From: Bugula neritina
Taxonomy: Eukaryota; Animalia; Bryozoa
Direction: 5' to 3'
Assembly: GCA_964035545.1 (NCBI GenBank)
Contig: OZ037769.1
Location: 620,001-684,000 of the forward strand
DNA length: 64,000 bases
Shown here: piece after piece, positions 25,017 through 38,398 of the stretch
Layout: each line of letters starts with the position of its first letter
How positions within the stretch are numbered: the stretch's first letter is position 1
Translations under genes and position numbers: made by a program
The notes under the pieces: model-generated
The model's input: only the letters and a program-made list of their open reading frames with translations
What the model was told of the DNA's origin: nothing
Database searches by the model: none

Positions 25017-28000
25017 AACCATTATAACATAACAAACTCTTGTTGATGTTGATAATATGGCATAATATTATAATTATCATTACTCTGTTGCTCATGAATA
25101 TATATCTAAAATAGCATTATAACGTACATGTATTTGAACCTAAATTAGTTTTCAGTAATTCATTTTAACCAGATTTTTGTTGTTGGTTTTGGATTAAGAC
25201 TCAAAGCTTTTTTTTCCTCTTGTAACTAATAAAACCTATTTAGCATCTCCATCAATGCAATGTATGAAAGAGTTTCAGAATTAAAAAAAAACAAAGAATT
25301 TGCCAGAAATTAATAATTTATGTTAAACCAAAGTAAAGCATTACACTTTCCCTTATATTTCAAAAGAAGAAATAAATACGCAGAGCCTGTGACACTTTAG
25401 CAGATGAATTTAGGCTTAACAAAGCACTATATAATCATTCTTTTGCCTAATGATTAAAATAATGGAAAGCTCAACTTGCTTTCTAGAAATTTTGAAGTTA
25501 AATTTAGCTGAATTACTTTGGGTTTGGGATTGCATTGTATTCGCCTAGCAGCTACTAAACCAACATCTACAGCAGGTGTTAGTTAGAGGGTAGTTATTAT
25601 CATTTCTTCTGAGTAATTACAAGTTACTCAGTTTGCATAAGCTCCGTCCACAATACCTGTTGTTACGTAATTCACTAAACAGCCACCACGATGTTATATA
25701 ACATAGGGTGAGCTTGTAGTCTATTTGCTACAAAGCTTTTTCAGGTCCATTGTTAATAATAGCTGTAATCTTTATTGGAATTCTTGAATGCAGCCAACTA
25801 TACCTTGTGTTTAGAGCTACAGTTTATGGTTAGTAGTAGGAAAATCTTATTTTATTGCCATATTGAGTGAACATTAACATTTTAACATTCAGTAAAATTG
25901 GCAGAAGTGGCAACATTGGAAAAAATGCCACACTTTTAAAATTAGGGTTTGGAATGGGGAGTTTGGTTTTGGGTATAATCTGGGATTGGGGGGTAACAGT
26001 TGGGGCTTGAGCTTGGGGTTTGGAAAAATTTAACACCAGCTTGTGCCATTTTTACCTAGTTTCTATTTGTGCCATTATTACCTGTGCCATTTTTAGCTGT
26101 GCCATTTTTACCTAAAATCCCTAAAACAGTAAAAATCCTAATTCTTATATGCTTTGTCCTGTTAAATTATAAAACCTAAAAAATTGAATAAATAGTATAA
26201 AAGCTACTCACTTTTTGCCATAAATGCTTCATGATGTGTTGAAAAGTATCTATTTTGTTGGATGAGAAATTAAAATGTTATAAAAGCATTCATGGTTTTT
26301 CTCAAATTTTTATTGCAAATACTACAAGATGGGAAAACTCCCAAACTCAATAGGCTATTGGGAACACTGAACTGAAACTATAGAGGTTTTAGTTCAATGG
26401 ATTGTATACAGTGGAATATTATTTCAACCTGCTGCACAGGTATGTATGACAGTTTAATCCCAGTTAGATGCCATTCATTTATTTTAGCACCGGATATAAT
26501 AATAAACTTATATATGCCTATATAATGTAAATATGTTTTACCAATTGCTAAATAGCTAATATGCTAATAGCTAGTATAAATTATTTGGAATAATATTCTA
26601 ATTTTCACCAAACTACATTAATAATAGACATTACTTTCAATGAATTCTTAATAACAAGATATCTCTTCAAACAACAAAAAGTATAAAAATGAAAAGTTGA
26701 TAAGTTAATGCAAATCAAAGAAATGTATATATGTGCTAAATAACAAGCAAGTCATCCCAGTAAATTTCAATAAGATTTAAATAAATTGCACATTTATAAA
26801 ATATATGTTATATCAAACTGAATAAATAGCGTCTAGCTTGGAAGAGTCTATGTGGGATGACACCTGCATGACTTGGTCCATTTGATATTTGGTCAACAAA
26901 CACAGAGTTATGTCCACATGTACTAATCATAGATATACCATTTTAGTTTCTCTAAAGTTTCTTTAAATATAGATAAATATTTCAATAATATTTAAATAAA
27001 TTGCACTTAAAATATATATTGAACCAAAATAAATAAATACCGTTCAAGTGGGAATTTAGGCTGGTGTCTAAATGGGACGTGTCTATCTGGGATGACACTG
27101 TTTCTGCATAGCTTAATTAGTATAATAGCAAACATTAAAGTAAACTTTCTTGAGCTACATTTTATTTCAACTTGGCCACACAATAGGCTACCTGATTACT
27201 GTTAATAGTTTGTTTCCCCAAAAAGTTAAATGAAATGTTAATAAAATTTGTAGATATAGCCATTTCTGACTTTTTGTAAGAAATTAAAGACATCATGGTA
27301 AGACTACAAGGTGAAGCTCCCCCAATAGGCCTATATACATCTGGTGAGGTTATGGCTTTGCCATTTTATATATGATACAAAACACTCTGGTGTTGCTACT
27401 AGTAGATAGTCATGATAATATTTATTATACATTATATCATTGAGGGAATATAGGTACATGTATTTGACTAAAATAAATTCTAATTTGTTTCTTCCTCCCC
27501 CCCTCTCCTTTCACATTCTAGTCACAAACCTCAGCCATGCACCTTAGCTACAATTCATGAAAAGAAGTCCACTCCAAATTTTTTAGTATCTGTTACTAAA
27601 CTTTTTTCTGATAAAAGTGGAAGTGAAGTAGAAATAGAAAAAACAATTTTAGTTTTAAATAGCACCATAGAAATGAGCAATGTTCGCATGATTTTACCTC
27701 CCTCTGCCATCTGTGCTGGCACAAACTGTACAGCAAAAACATGATTTTTGTCGTAGATCTGAAAGAGTATCTTTATTTATTGGTGTACATATTAAATAAA
27801 CAAAGATCAGATGCAACCAAATCAGCAAAGTTTTACTATATTTGTTGTGTCCTACCCGATACAAAGGCACAGTAAAAATTTTATTAGATTCTGACAGTTG
27901 TAAAAGAGATAGAAGAACCAACTGATACGGCCTATAATAAACTACAGGTGTAGCATTTAGTTTAGAGATTATTTAACTAGTACCTAACTTGTAAAACAGA

Positions 28001-31000
28001 CAAATGAGAGCAAAAAATGCAAACGTTGGCCCGTTATGCCCCCCCCTCCCCTTAACCCTGTAATTGTTTTAAACTATGCTATATTATATAGCATAGTTTA
28101 AAAATTTAGTTTCAAACTTTGAAGCAGTCAACAATTTTTTTTAATATTATTTGCACATATATTTAATAGCAGTATTTAAGGTATAGTCTAACTGAGGTGT
28201 CTTTCATCTGGAAAAACACTATTACTCTTAGAAAGTTCCTAGCTTGGTCTCATGCAGCTGTTTTAACAATAAAGGTTTTACCACAACCTGTTGCATAACT
28301 CTCAGGGCTTGCTTTCAGAAATGTTTATTTGCACTAAGGTAATGCTTGGAATAAACCAGCCAATTAAGTATCTTTGGTAATTTCTCTGCTGGGAAACAAA
28401 CCTATAATTTAAATTTTCAAGCTCGAAGCTGCAGCTAGAAAGAAACAGCTTTCCAAAAGTGTATAATTATGTCATTCATTAAATGTGATTAAAACCAGCA
28501 TTATGTACAACTGCAACAGATTAAATGAAATCAGCAACTATTAGTGCTAAATTAAAGGTTTATGGAAAATAACCACTTTCTAACAAACTAGTTTCAGTAG
28601 CCAACGTACATTCCTTATAAAATACAGGGAGGCCATCTTTTTCTCTGAGACATTAAACTTTTATACTTCTACACGGAAATTTAGTTTCTTTGATTCACAT
28701 GAACCCAATAACTAAGATATACCTTATAGTAGAAAAAGTGAAACACTGCTCAAATTTTGAAAATATTCAGAAAAGTAATGCTGATTCTGTTGGACTGCGC
28801 CACATATATGTCTAATTTACATCTATAAGTCTTGAACTCATGATAATAAAGTTAGTCTAGAAAAGCTAGCTGCAACAACCCGCAGTGTATCTCTCAACAT
28901 CGTCAAACACTCACTGGCTGCTAAAATAATTTAACAAAACCAGCTCTGACCACGACTGTATTTCATGTTTAACAGAACTGTAATAAATAGCTAACCATTC
29001 CTCCCTCACCCAAATGTAGAACTGGAAAGCAGCAAAATATTAGTAATATTTTACTATTTATTTAAATAGCTTTTAGTCTTATAATATCTCAATGCTATAT
29101 TATAATAGGTAATAATTTATTGAAAGTAAACGGTTATGTATATATTGTATTATTAGAATAAATTATATTATAATACAAGCAACAAATAATATGATCAGTT
29201 ATAATTTCTATAGGACAATATATAATGTTTTAGCTTTGAATTATATATCAAACCTATAAGATTTATTACATACTAATGTTTATTATTATATTTTTTAGAT
29301 TATAGAAGGCATCATGTTTAATACATTACTCTGCTTAGAATTGAATTATACCTGTAGAAATTTAATTACAAAGCAGTAAATAAGCTTTTTTTCTCAACTA
29401 GTTGTCTTCAGCTACTCAAATGAGCAGCAGATCTACAGGGTTTGGAATGGTATGTAGGTGTAATAAAACACATTTAGTTTATACAGAAACCATTTCTGCT
29501 ATATTCGGTTACTTATGAAGGTTGACAAACATGGCTACTAACGCAAGCTTGTTCTGACATTTGACCGCTTTCAGAAATTACTCACTTTTTTCCAAACACA
29601 AATAATTATTGTTACCCTGAAAGTCACGCCAGTGCTAAGTAGTTTTGTCATTTATTGTTCAAAGCATGTCATTACGTGATTAGCATTGCTATAATAGAAG
29701 ACACTTTATTTAGAGTTCTCTGGCCAACAGCTGATAGTTGAATCCTTTTGTTAAAATTATCTTCTTACAGACAATAGGAGCTTATGTAATATGTTACATA
29801 ATACAACATGGTGGTGCAGTGTAATAGAGTTTGTGTTAACTTTTGAAACCATGAACAACAATTTTGCTCAACTAGAGAAGTTCAAAACTGAAAAAACTGT
29901 ATTTTATATTCAAGCTGTCACTTTGCAGCCTCTTTTAATTAGCACATAACTTGGAAGCCAAAAAATCATCATGTTATATAATAGTATAAATAACCGTAAC
30001 ACTGTGGTTGCTGTACCAATATGAGTATAGAACTTACAAGATGTAAAGTGAAAGTGTTATAATGTAGAGTTGAGCAATTATAAATAGTTTGAAATATAAA
30101 GAAATAAAGTATAATGATATCATTATATTATTTAACAAATGCTTCATGTTGTAATATTAGCAAAAGATAGACTATAGGCATATTTACCATGCTCACCATT
30201 TTTTAAAACTAGTTAATAATATTTTATAATATAATATAATATAATTTAAAATTAGCTAATGTTTCAAAACTAGTGTTATAGTATCATAGTCCAGGCTGTA
30301 AAATTTGGTTTCACATCATTTTATTTCATTTATATAATATAAAAACGTACAAATAAAGTTAGTACATACAAATATTGTGGCTGTGTGTGTGTTTTAAAGC
30401 AAGAAATATACTATACTTCAGAATTATGCTTATATTATATTCCATATGACAACTATGTGAATAGATTGCAAATTAGAATAGAATAATATATATTTCTGTT
30501 GTAGTTATGTAGAGAGAAGGAAATCCCAGAGAAAATATTATGGAAGTACTACTGAAAATATGACCACTGATCGCTCTACATTTTTCTTTAAAGAAAGAAA
30601 ATTGATGATTTATTTAGCTTATTTTAGTGAAAAAATATTTTTATCTGTTCGTATTGAAGTAAACTCCATAAATTATTCGTTAATAAACAAATTTCAACTT
30701 TAAATCTACAAGCTAGAATTAGCTAAATTAGCTTACTTATTACAAACTCTTATAAAGTACAAATGGCATCACAGATAAAGCTGTGAGAAGCAGCAAACTG
30801 TTTCTGCTTTTATATAATAGTTTCTCCAAGTTGTTAACATCTCTGCATGCACTATAACGCAATCAAACCTAGGGCTAAATCAATGTGAAATGTTAACTTG
30901 CATTGATCACTGCAACTTCTTTGTTTCATTCTGAATTTATTTTTTAAAAATTTGCTATTGGCTGTTTTTTCAACTTTTGAAAAACTTAAATGATTGTTTA

Positions 31001-31866
31001 AAAACTATTGCTTTGCACAAGTTGTATATTTTTATAATTGTAGGATGTATAATCAAATTAATTTGCCTTTTTATTTACCATGGAGAATAGCCACATATAG
31101 GAAGGCTTAAAGTGGTAGTAATATTGGAGTATCAGACTTGCTTGTCATAATATAGTAGGTGTTAGTATAAAATAATGTTGTTTATTTCAATTGAATATTA
31201 TTACGCGCCAAAACTTGATTTAAAAATTTTATTTTCTTTAATTTAAATTTTTTGCTAGTATTACTTTTTTTTGTTTTAAATTTAAATATAATATTATAAA
31301 TTTTTTTTAACACGTTGTAACTACTAAAAACGTGCCAATAGAATAAAATTTTGTTTCGCGGATGTGCATGCCTTAAAATAATACGTATAAAAGCTAACGT
31401 TTTCGTTGCAACGAGCATTCGCTCAGATACTCGCTAGCACCTAGTTGCCGTCAAACCACACCTGCTGTTAGCTAAACTTCAACCGCATTTCACTAAAGCC
31501 TATCAAACTTGAAGTCAAAGGTAAGTTACCGAACGCACTTTAACCAAAAATAATTTTAAAGCTACGCAATTAGGTTATACTTGTATTAAATTTATAGCAA
31601 TATTAATATATTTTTATTAAATTTTCTCAAAATTTTGAGACTGAAAGTGAAAGTAAATGACGACTATTAGAAATGTCAAATTATTTTATCTCATTACCGT
31701 TTCTAATATTTCATAGCAACACTGACAGTGTAGGTGTTTGCTAACAGATGATTAATTTTAAATGCTTTGTTTTGATGATGATAAAACCCAGTGGTGCATT
31801 TATGTTGCATTGTTTATTTGCATTATTTCAGCACTAAACTAAAAGGAATTAAAATAATTAGAAATA

Positions 31867-34406
31867 ATGGCAGATAATTTTTTAAAACTTCCAAAACTGA
31901 ACCTGGATATCAGCACATTGCTGCAGCAAGCCACCGTGGAGCAGAGACATCGGCAGCATAACATAAATGTACAACAGGAGCAACTACAGAAGAAACTAGA
32001 GAAATTATATATCCATCATACCAGCCTTGTAAGTGTTGTATACTCTCAGCTAGCTGATATGAAGTTTTCTTGTTTCCTATAAGTGCAGTGATTGATAGCG
32101 ATTTCTCTTTTTCAGATGCACGAAAAGGTTGCCGAAGTAATATCAGTCCATCAATCTGCATATTGTGCAGATTATTATGAAGCCGTGTCGGAACATCACA
32201 AGCAGTAAGTAACTCAAAATCATTACTCCATTTATGTTCCTTGTGCTACACTGATGTATCATGCTGTCAACTGCTCTTGAGAAATATCTGCTGATGTTTT
32301 TGTAGGAAAGGGAACTATAGCAGCAGTATGGCTAGTCATCAGCAACAAGCACCTGACTTGAGTTGTCACCACAAAGATAGTGCTAGTCACCATACTTACT
32401 CTTTTGACACTTCTACACCAGTTTTGACCCAACACGATTTCAATCAATTAGGCCAATTCTCTCTGCACACCAACTTCAAGTCAGAGTATGAAATGCCAAA
32501 CAATCAACACTTTCATTTATCTCCTCAATCTCGGCAACCAGAGCACCTACACCTGATGCCACCTTCTCAACCAGAGCACCTACACCTGTTGCCACCTTCT
32601 CAATCACACAATCACCTGCGAAAGGCACAGGCAAACAATCACCTGCTTATACAGGCACAACCACACAATCACCTGTCTCCTTCTCAACCAAGTAGTCACC
32701 TGCTACAGACACAACCAAACGATCACCTGCTTATACAGACACAACCACACCATCAACTTCTACAGGCACGCTCACACCTACGATCCCATCAGCCACACTA
32801 TCCCACTATAGCTCAATTGCAGCAAGAGAGACCACAACCAACCCTTGAAAAAAGAGCACATGCTGATTACCACCTGAGTGAAAGCAGACAATCTCTGCAG
32901 ACCTCAGCATATGCTCCTTCTCACATCCTACACTCAACTGCCTCAGGTGAGACCCTATTCCAATTTCTCAACTAAACTCTTTCAGGTCAGGAAATTGTGT
33001 GAATGAACTATACTATATTGGAATGGCTTAACTTTTGTAGATGCTAGATTCAACAGCAGCCACATGAGTCTTGGTAACAACGAAGCTCATACCACCAACT
33101 CAGTCCTGGAGAGCAGCGAGAGCAACAAAGTTTTAGCCAGCAACGAAACTTCTGACATCAACGAAACTCCTGACATCAGCGCAGTTTTAAGGAGCTTACT
33201 GTCCACCAGTAACAAAGAAACTCTTGACAATAGTAAAGTGATGAAGATGGACAGAGGAATGCTGCAAGATTCACTGGAAGGTAAGATAGGAGACTGCAAA
33301 TCTGAGTGTACTAGCTGCCCTCTCTTGTTCTTGTGTTGTCTGTGACATAGCAGTTGATCCTCTGTTATTGTATCATGACACAGTCCCTTTTCTCTCTGTC
33401 TTATGTTTCTTCTCTTTTAGATTCACCAAGAGATGGATGGTTTGCACTGGTGAATCCCTTTCTTAAAAAGAAGTCCTGTAATACCGCACCAGATGATAAA
33501 GAAAATCCTGCTTCCCCTAAAATTGCAGTATGTGATAAATGGTTAGCACAGTTAGACCTCTATCCTGAAGCAAGGTTTTCTGACAAGACAGCAGATGAGA
33601 AAGAAAGAACTGCTAACCCTAACATTACAGTAACCAATGTTGCCAGAGACAAACTTCTGGAGTCGAGCAAAAAACCCGATTCTTCTTCTGGGACTAAAAC
33701 CAGCATTGAAGTCCTGCATGACAGCGATGTGTCATGTGACGATGTGTCATGTGACAATGTGTCGTCTGATGATGCTGTTTCCTCGGTGAGTAGAGTTACA
33801 ATCTGCCTTCTTTCTTGAGTAGTGGTTTAGTGTTTGATGGGTTACATTATACATTAGTTGGTGTAGCTAGTTGTTACAGATCTCTTTCTCTTGTAGTCCT
33901 CTGATGGAGAGTCTGAAAGTGAAGATAGTTCAGTATCCACTGCTACTTCACAGCAAGACCCAACAGACGGGGAGGATAGGGAGGACAACTCCTTATCTGA
34001 TGAGAGTGAAGATAGTGCTGCTGCTGCCGGTGTTAGTCCAGAGTACAGAGTAACAGCTTGTGATTCTGACCCTCTGGTATCCACAGATAAGTATGAGGGA
34101 GGAGCTATTGAAGATGAGGGAGGAGCTATTGAAGGTGAGGGAGGAGCTATTGAAGGTGAGGGAGGAGCTATTGAAGGTGAGGGAGGAGCAACTGCAGACA
34201 AAAAGGATAAGGAGGACAACTCCTTATCTAATGAGAGTGAGGATAGTGCTAAAAAGGCTTATAAGACCATAGAGATAAGAACTGCTGGAAATAAGATTTC
34301 CGCCAAAGTATCTCTCTTTAAAAACCTTCCTCATCCTCTTGAAACCTTCAGGGCGAGGAGAGAGTTACTATTGCAGAGCACATTCATTCCCACAACTCCA
34401 AACTAA
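31867..34406 (+). CDS. Orphan gene A (~668 aa): N-terminal predicted coiled coil, His/Gln/Pro-rich middle, acidic Ser-rich C-terminus with EGGAIEx heptads
   Basis: Exons 31867-32028, 32116-32204, 32306-32946, 33041-33280, 33421-33785, 33897-34406 (2007 nt, open). 5'-UTR donor AAG|GTAAGT at 31521. Intron positions are shared with paralog B. Confidence 0.8.
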
Positions 34407-37400
34407 TAGTTTAGAAAAAGTCCTTATGTACCTGATTTTAGGTAAATATGCTAAATATGTCTCAACTAACACTAGAACTATATTATTTATTTATCTCTTT
34501 ATCTCTCTCAAGAAATATGTATATTTCCTGCCAATTATTTTCTATGTAATATTTACTACCATTTATGTAATAAATATGTATTTTATATTAATTTAGTTGT
34601 AAATTCAAAATTCACACAACACTGCTTCAGAAGTATCTCACATGATAGAATTTGCTCATTTAAATTGCTTTTACTTTACATATCTCTCTTTTACAAACTC
34701 ATGTCTGCTATTACTGTATTTCATAACTTATATCATCAATGTAATAAAATACAGTATATGTTGTATTGTATAATCCACATCTACTTTCATCATTTATAAT
34801 CAGAATTGTAAATTACTAGATTTTTTTACTTGATATACTCTAAATCTCGGCATAAATTCAGCTTTGTAGTACATGAATACTTTGTAATAATATCTACACT
34901 GTTTTGATACACTGGAAACTAACTTAATATGCTTACTTAGTATACTGGATGTAACTTGTTTTTATATTATCTATATGTACTAAATATAGTTATTGTTCTT
35001 CTCACGGCAACCAAGTGTATTCTCTGTCAGATTACATAACTGTGGCAAATGCAATAATTAAAAGCACACTAGAACCCACCACAACATAATAATTCCAACA
35101 ATTATTACAATAGTAAATTGATATTGGTCACTGTTACTCCTTATAGTTTTTCTAAATATTTTGTCAAAAGTAACTGGGCTGCTTTTATCTTTAGCTTTTA
35201 CAAACTATAGCTTTGTATATGTTTTGGCTGCTGTATTTTTTTATAAGCTCTCCACTTGCAGGATGTAGAATAGAAAAGGGGGAGTAAATTATTTTGCCTT
35301 CCTATTTGCCATGGAGCATTGTCAAATGTAGGACTTTTCTCAAAATGATAGAAATAATGAAGTGTTTGAATTGTTCGTCATATCAGTATTTTATTATAAT
35401 AATAATTATTCAATTAGCAAAATTAAGATAGAGCAATCCTTTAAGGATTGCTCTATCTTAGTTTATTACAATCACATTATAATTATAAACTATAATCTAA
35501 TGTGTATGCAAACAATTGTGACTTTGCAAAGGGATATATGCCTAGAAAACAGCTTTTCAAAATTCCAATTTTGAGGGAGGTAAAATTTTCAGCCATGAAA
35601 AAGAATAGCCTAATACATGACGTGTGAACGCCAGCAACTATGCTGCACGTGCTAACTATAACGCTAGTATTCAAGGTTGCTGGGCACAACATCAACCAAT
35701 TACGCTCAAGCAGTGACAGTGCGCTATATAGGTCAGCTTTGGTGTGCCCGTAATATTGCACGATCTGACTTAGTTTAGATCGATCGCAAGCATTCATCCT
35801 AAAGAATGCATGCTTTTGCAAGGCTTTTTTCTAATGTTTACAAGCAAAATATAGCCTAATGTTTTCACATACATGTTATTTAAAATGTCAAAAAACTATA
35901 GATTGAGATAATTCACATTTGCACTTCTATAAATATACAAATTGCAAGCTAAAAGATTACATCTCACAGTCATATTTCTATAGTTATTCATTTGTATAGT
36001 CACGTGACCAGCAGGAATGCTGGCGCTGTTACGTCACACTTCCCAGCTCATTTCAAAATCGGCGTTTTGGCTGTTACCAATCTACACCCTCAACTTCAAC
36101 TAACTTTTTCTACCTTTGGTCAAATGCTTTTTGTCAATGCATGCTTAGAAAAACACAATATTATATGTGTTTGACCTAAATGGCCATTTATTAGACAAGA
36201 TAGAGCAATCCTTTAAGGCTGCTTCTCGAATATTGTGGTGGTTCGTGGAACTACCAGCAGCACAACATGTGGGGTCGCGTAATTGACCCGGAACAATGGC
36301 TATCCAATTAGCGTAGTTGATAGTTAGCAGCAATTATAGTTTCCCCGCTGTTAACTCAGTCGAAGCTAGAGTGTGAAATAGATTAGATGTGTAACTTGTT
36401 TGGAAATAATGTATCGTTTTTATAATGTATAATTGTGTGTAAAATATACTCGTTCACTCGACTTATCCTGGTGCAGTTCTATAGTAAATAAATAGACTCT
36501 CTGGATAGCACATCAACCCTAAATCTGAAAAACATAACAATATGAATATTGTAACGCGCTAGGAAATGCTCCAGAAAGTGCCATTATCTCAGTATGTTGC
36601 AATATTTGTTTTTAATCAATTTTTTAACTATATAAAACAATGTTCAACATATTATAGTTAGAAAACATGCAATAAATTGACATCCATTAACTTTACTTTT
36701 GTTGCGCGGAGGAACAAATAACATACGATTACTTATATAAGTTGACAACCGCTTTTAGCGAGCATTATTTGTTAAGAAGTTTCGGTTTGTCGAATGATCA
36801 GCTGCTGTAATCTAAACATCAATCGCACACTACTAAATCTTTCTCCTTCAGACTTAACATCAAAGTCTCTTCGAGTAATTTAACTGACGTATTTTAACCA
36901 AAGGTCTTTGGTAATTTCCAAGTTTAGGCATTTAACTGATACATGTGGTAAATTCAATGCAATATCCAAACTCATACTGATACTCATACTCATACTATCA
37001 CTATGAGTATGAGTATCAGTATGAGTTTGGATATGAGTCATAGTCATAGTGAATCATAGTCATACTCATACTGATAGTGATAGTGATACTTATTATCATA
37101 CTCATACTAACAGTGATAGACGTTGAATTTGATGGTAATCATCATTATGAATCATGATTATCATAGTATTGTACTAATTCAATTTTAGTTAATATTAGTT
37201 TAGTATTACTATTAGTATTAGTATTACTTACTCTTACTCTTAGTATTACTATTAGTATTACTATTACTATTAGTAAGTGTGACCAGTCTTAGTATTAGTA
37301 TTACTATTACATTTACTATTAGTATTACTAATAGTAATAGTATGACTATTACTTATTAGTATTACTATTAGTATTAGTAGTATTCTATAACCAGTACTAG

Positions 37401-38398
37401 TATTAGTATAAGTATTACTTTCAGTTAATGTTATATTAATAATAATATTATTATTCATTTATTCACTTTTAATATAGTTCAATATTATAACTGAAAGTAT
37501 AACTATGCTAATTGTAAATTTATTTATTTCTATGGTTATTGATAGTTTAGTATTGACATGCTCATACTTATACAGTTATAGTTATAGTTATATTCAATGT
37601 CATGGTGATACTGATAGTCATAGCGCATAGGCCATAGTCATAGTGTAATAATAATAAAATTGTTATTATTGATATAATAAGAATATCAATAGTAATACTA
37701 ATAGTAATTGTAAGTGTAACACTAATAGTAATAGTGACTTCCAGTATTACTAATAATAAGTATAACTATAATCATAAAACAAATACTAACAGTGATAAAA
37801 ATTATAATATTTGGTAATATTAGTTATAATTTTAAATCTATTTTAGAACTAACTGATAAATTTAATTATATAACTCTAGGACTAGTGATTATTATTTTTA
37901 GTAAAATGGTTTTAGTTTAACTATAGGATTGCATTCTGTTTTTTTAACTTTATTTAAATTTCAACTATTATAATAATAATTATGACTTAGGCTTATGGTT
38001 GTGGTAGTCATAATTATTGTAATAATAATACTAAAAGTACTAATACTAAGAGTAATATTAATTTTATTTTCATATAACTATAATTGAGTATAACTTCATA
38101 TTCAGTTGACCCCATGGCATCGCCCTTTACTATAAGTATTACATAGAAAGTTAATTTTTGTTATTATAATTGCTTTTATTTTGATTTTAGCTATCAATAT
38201 AATTAATAATTATCATACCCATATTATTGCGAGTGTTCTCATATGGCTACCTTCTAGTAGTGAATGATAGTGCAACTGTAAGTTTCAGAATCTAAGTGAA
38301 AGCTATTGAAAAAATAACAGTCTAACATGTCTAATATTTTATAGTATTATATGTTGTTGCCTTGTTTCAGCACTAGAAGGAAGAAACTTGGGTTGAAA

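Noticed and set aside
31201-31213. E2F-like site (TTTTGGCGCGTAA on the minus strand) upstream of gene A
   Set aside because: Single short motif, not clearly retained upstream of paralog B; insufficient support.
25300-31400. Possible hidden gene in the 6-kb AT-rich gap
   Set aside because: Only short low-complexity ORFs and isolated splice-like motifs; no coherent exon chain found. A lncRNA cannot be excluded.
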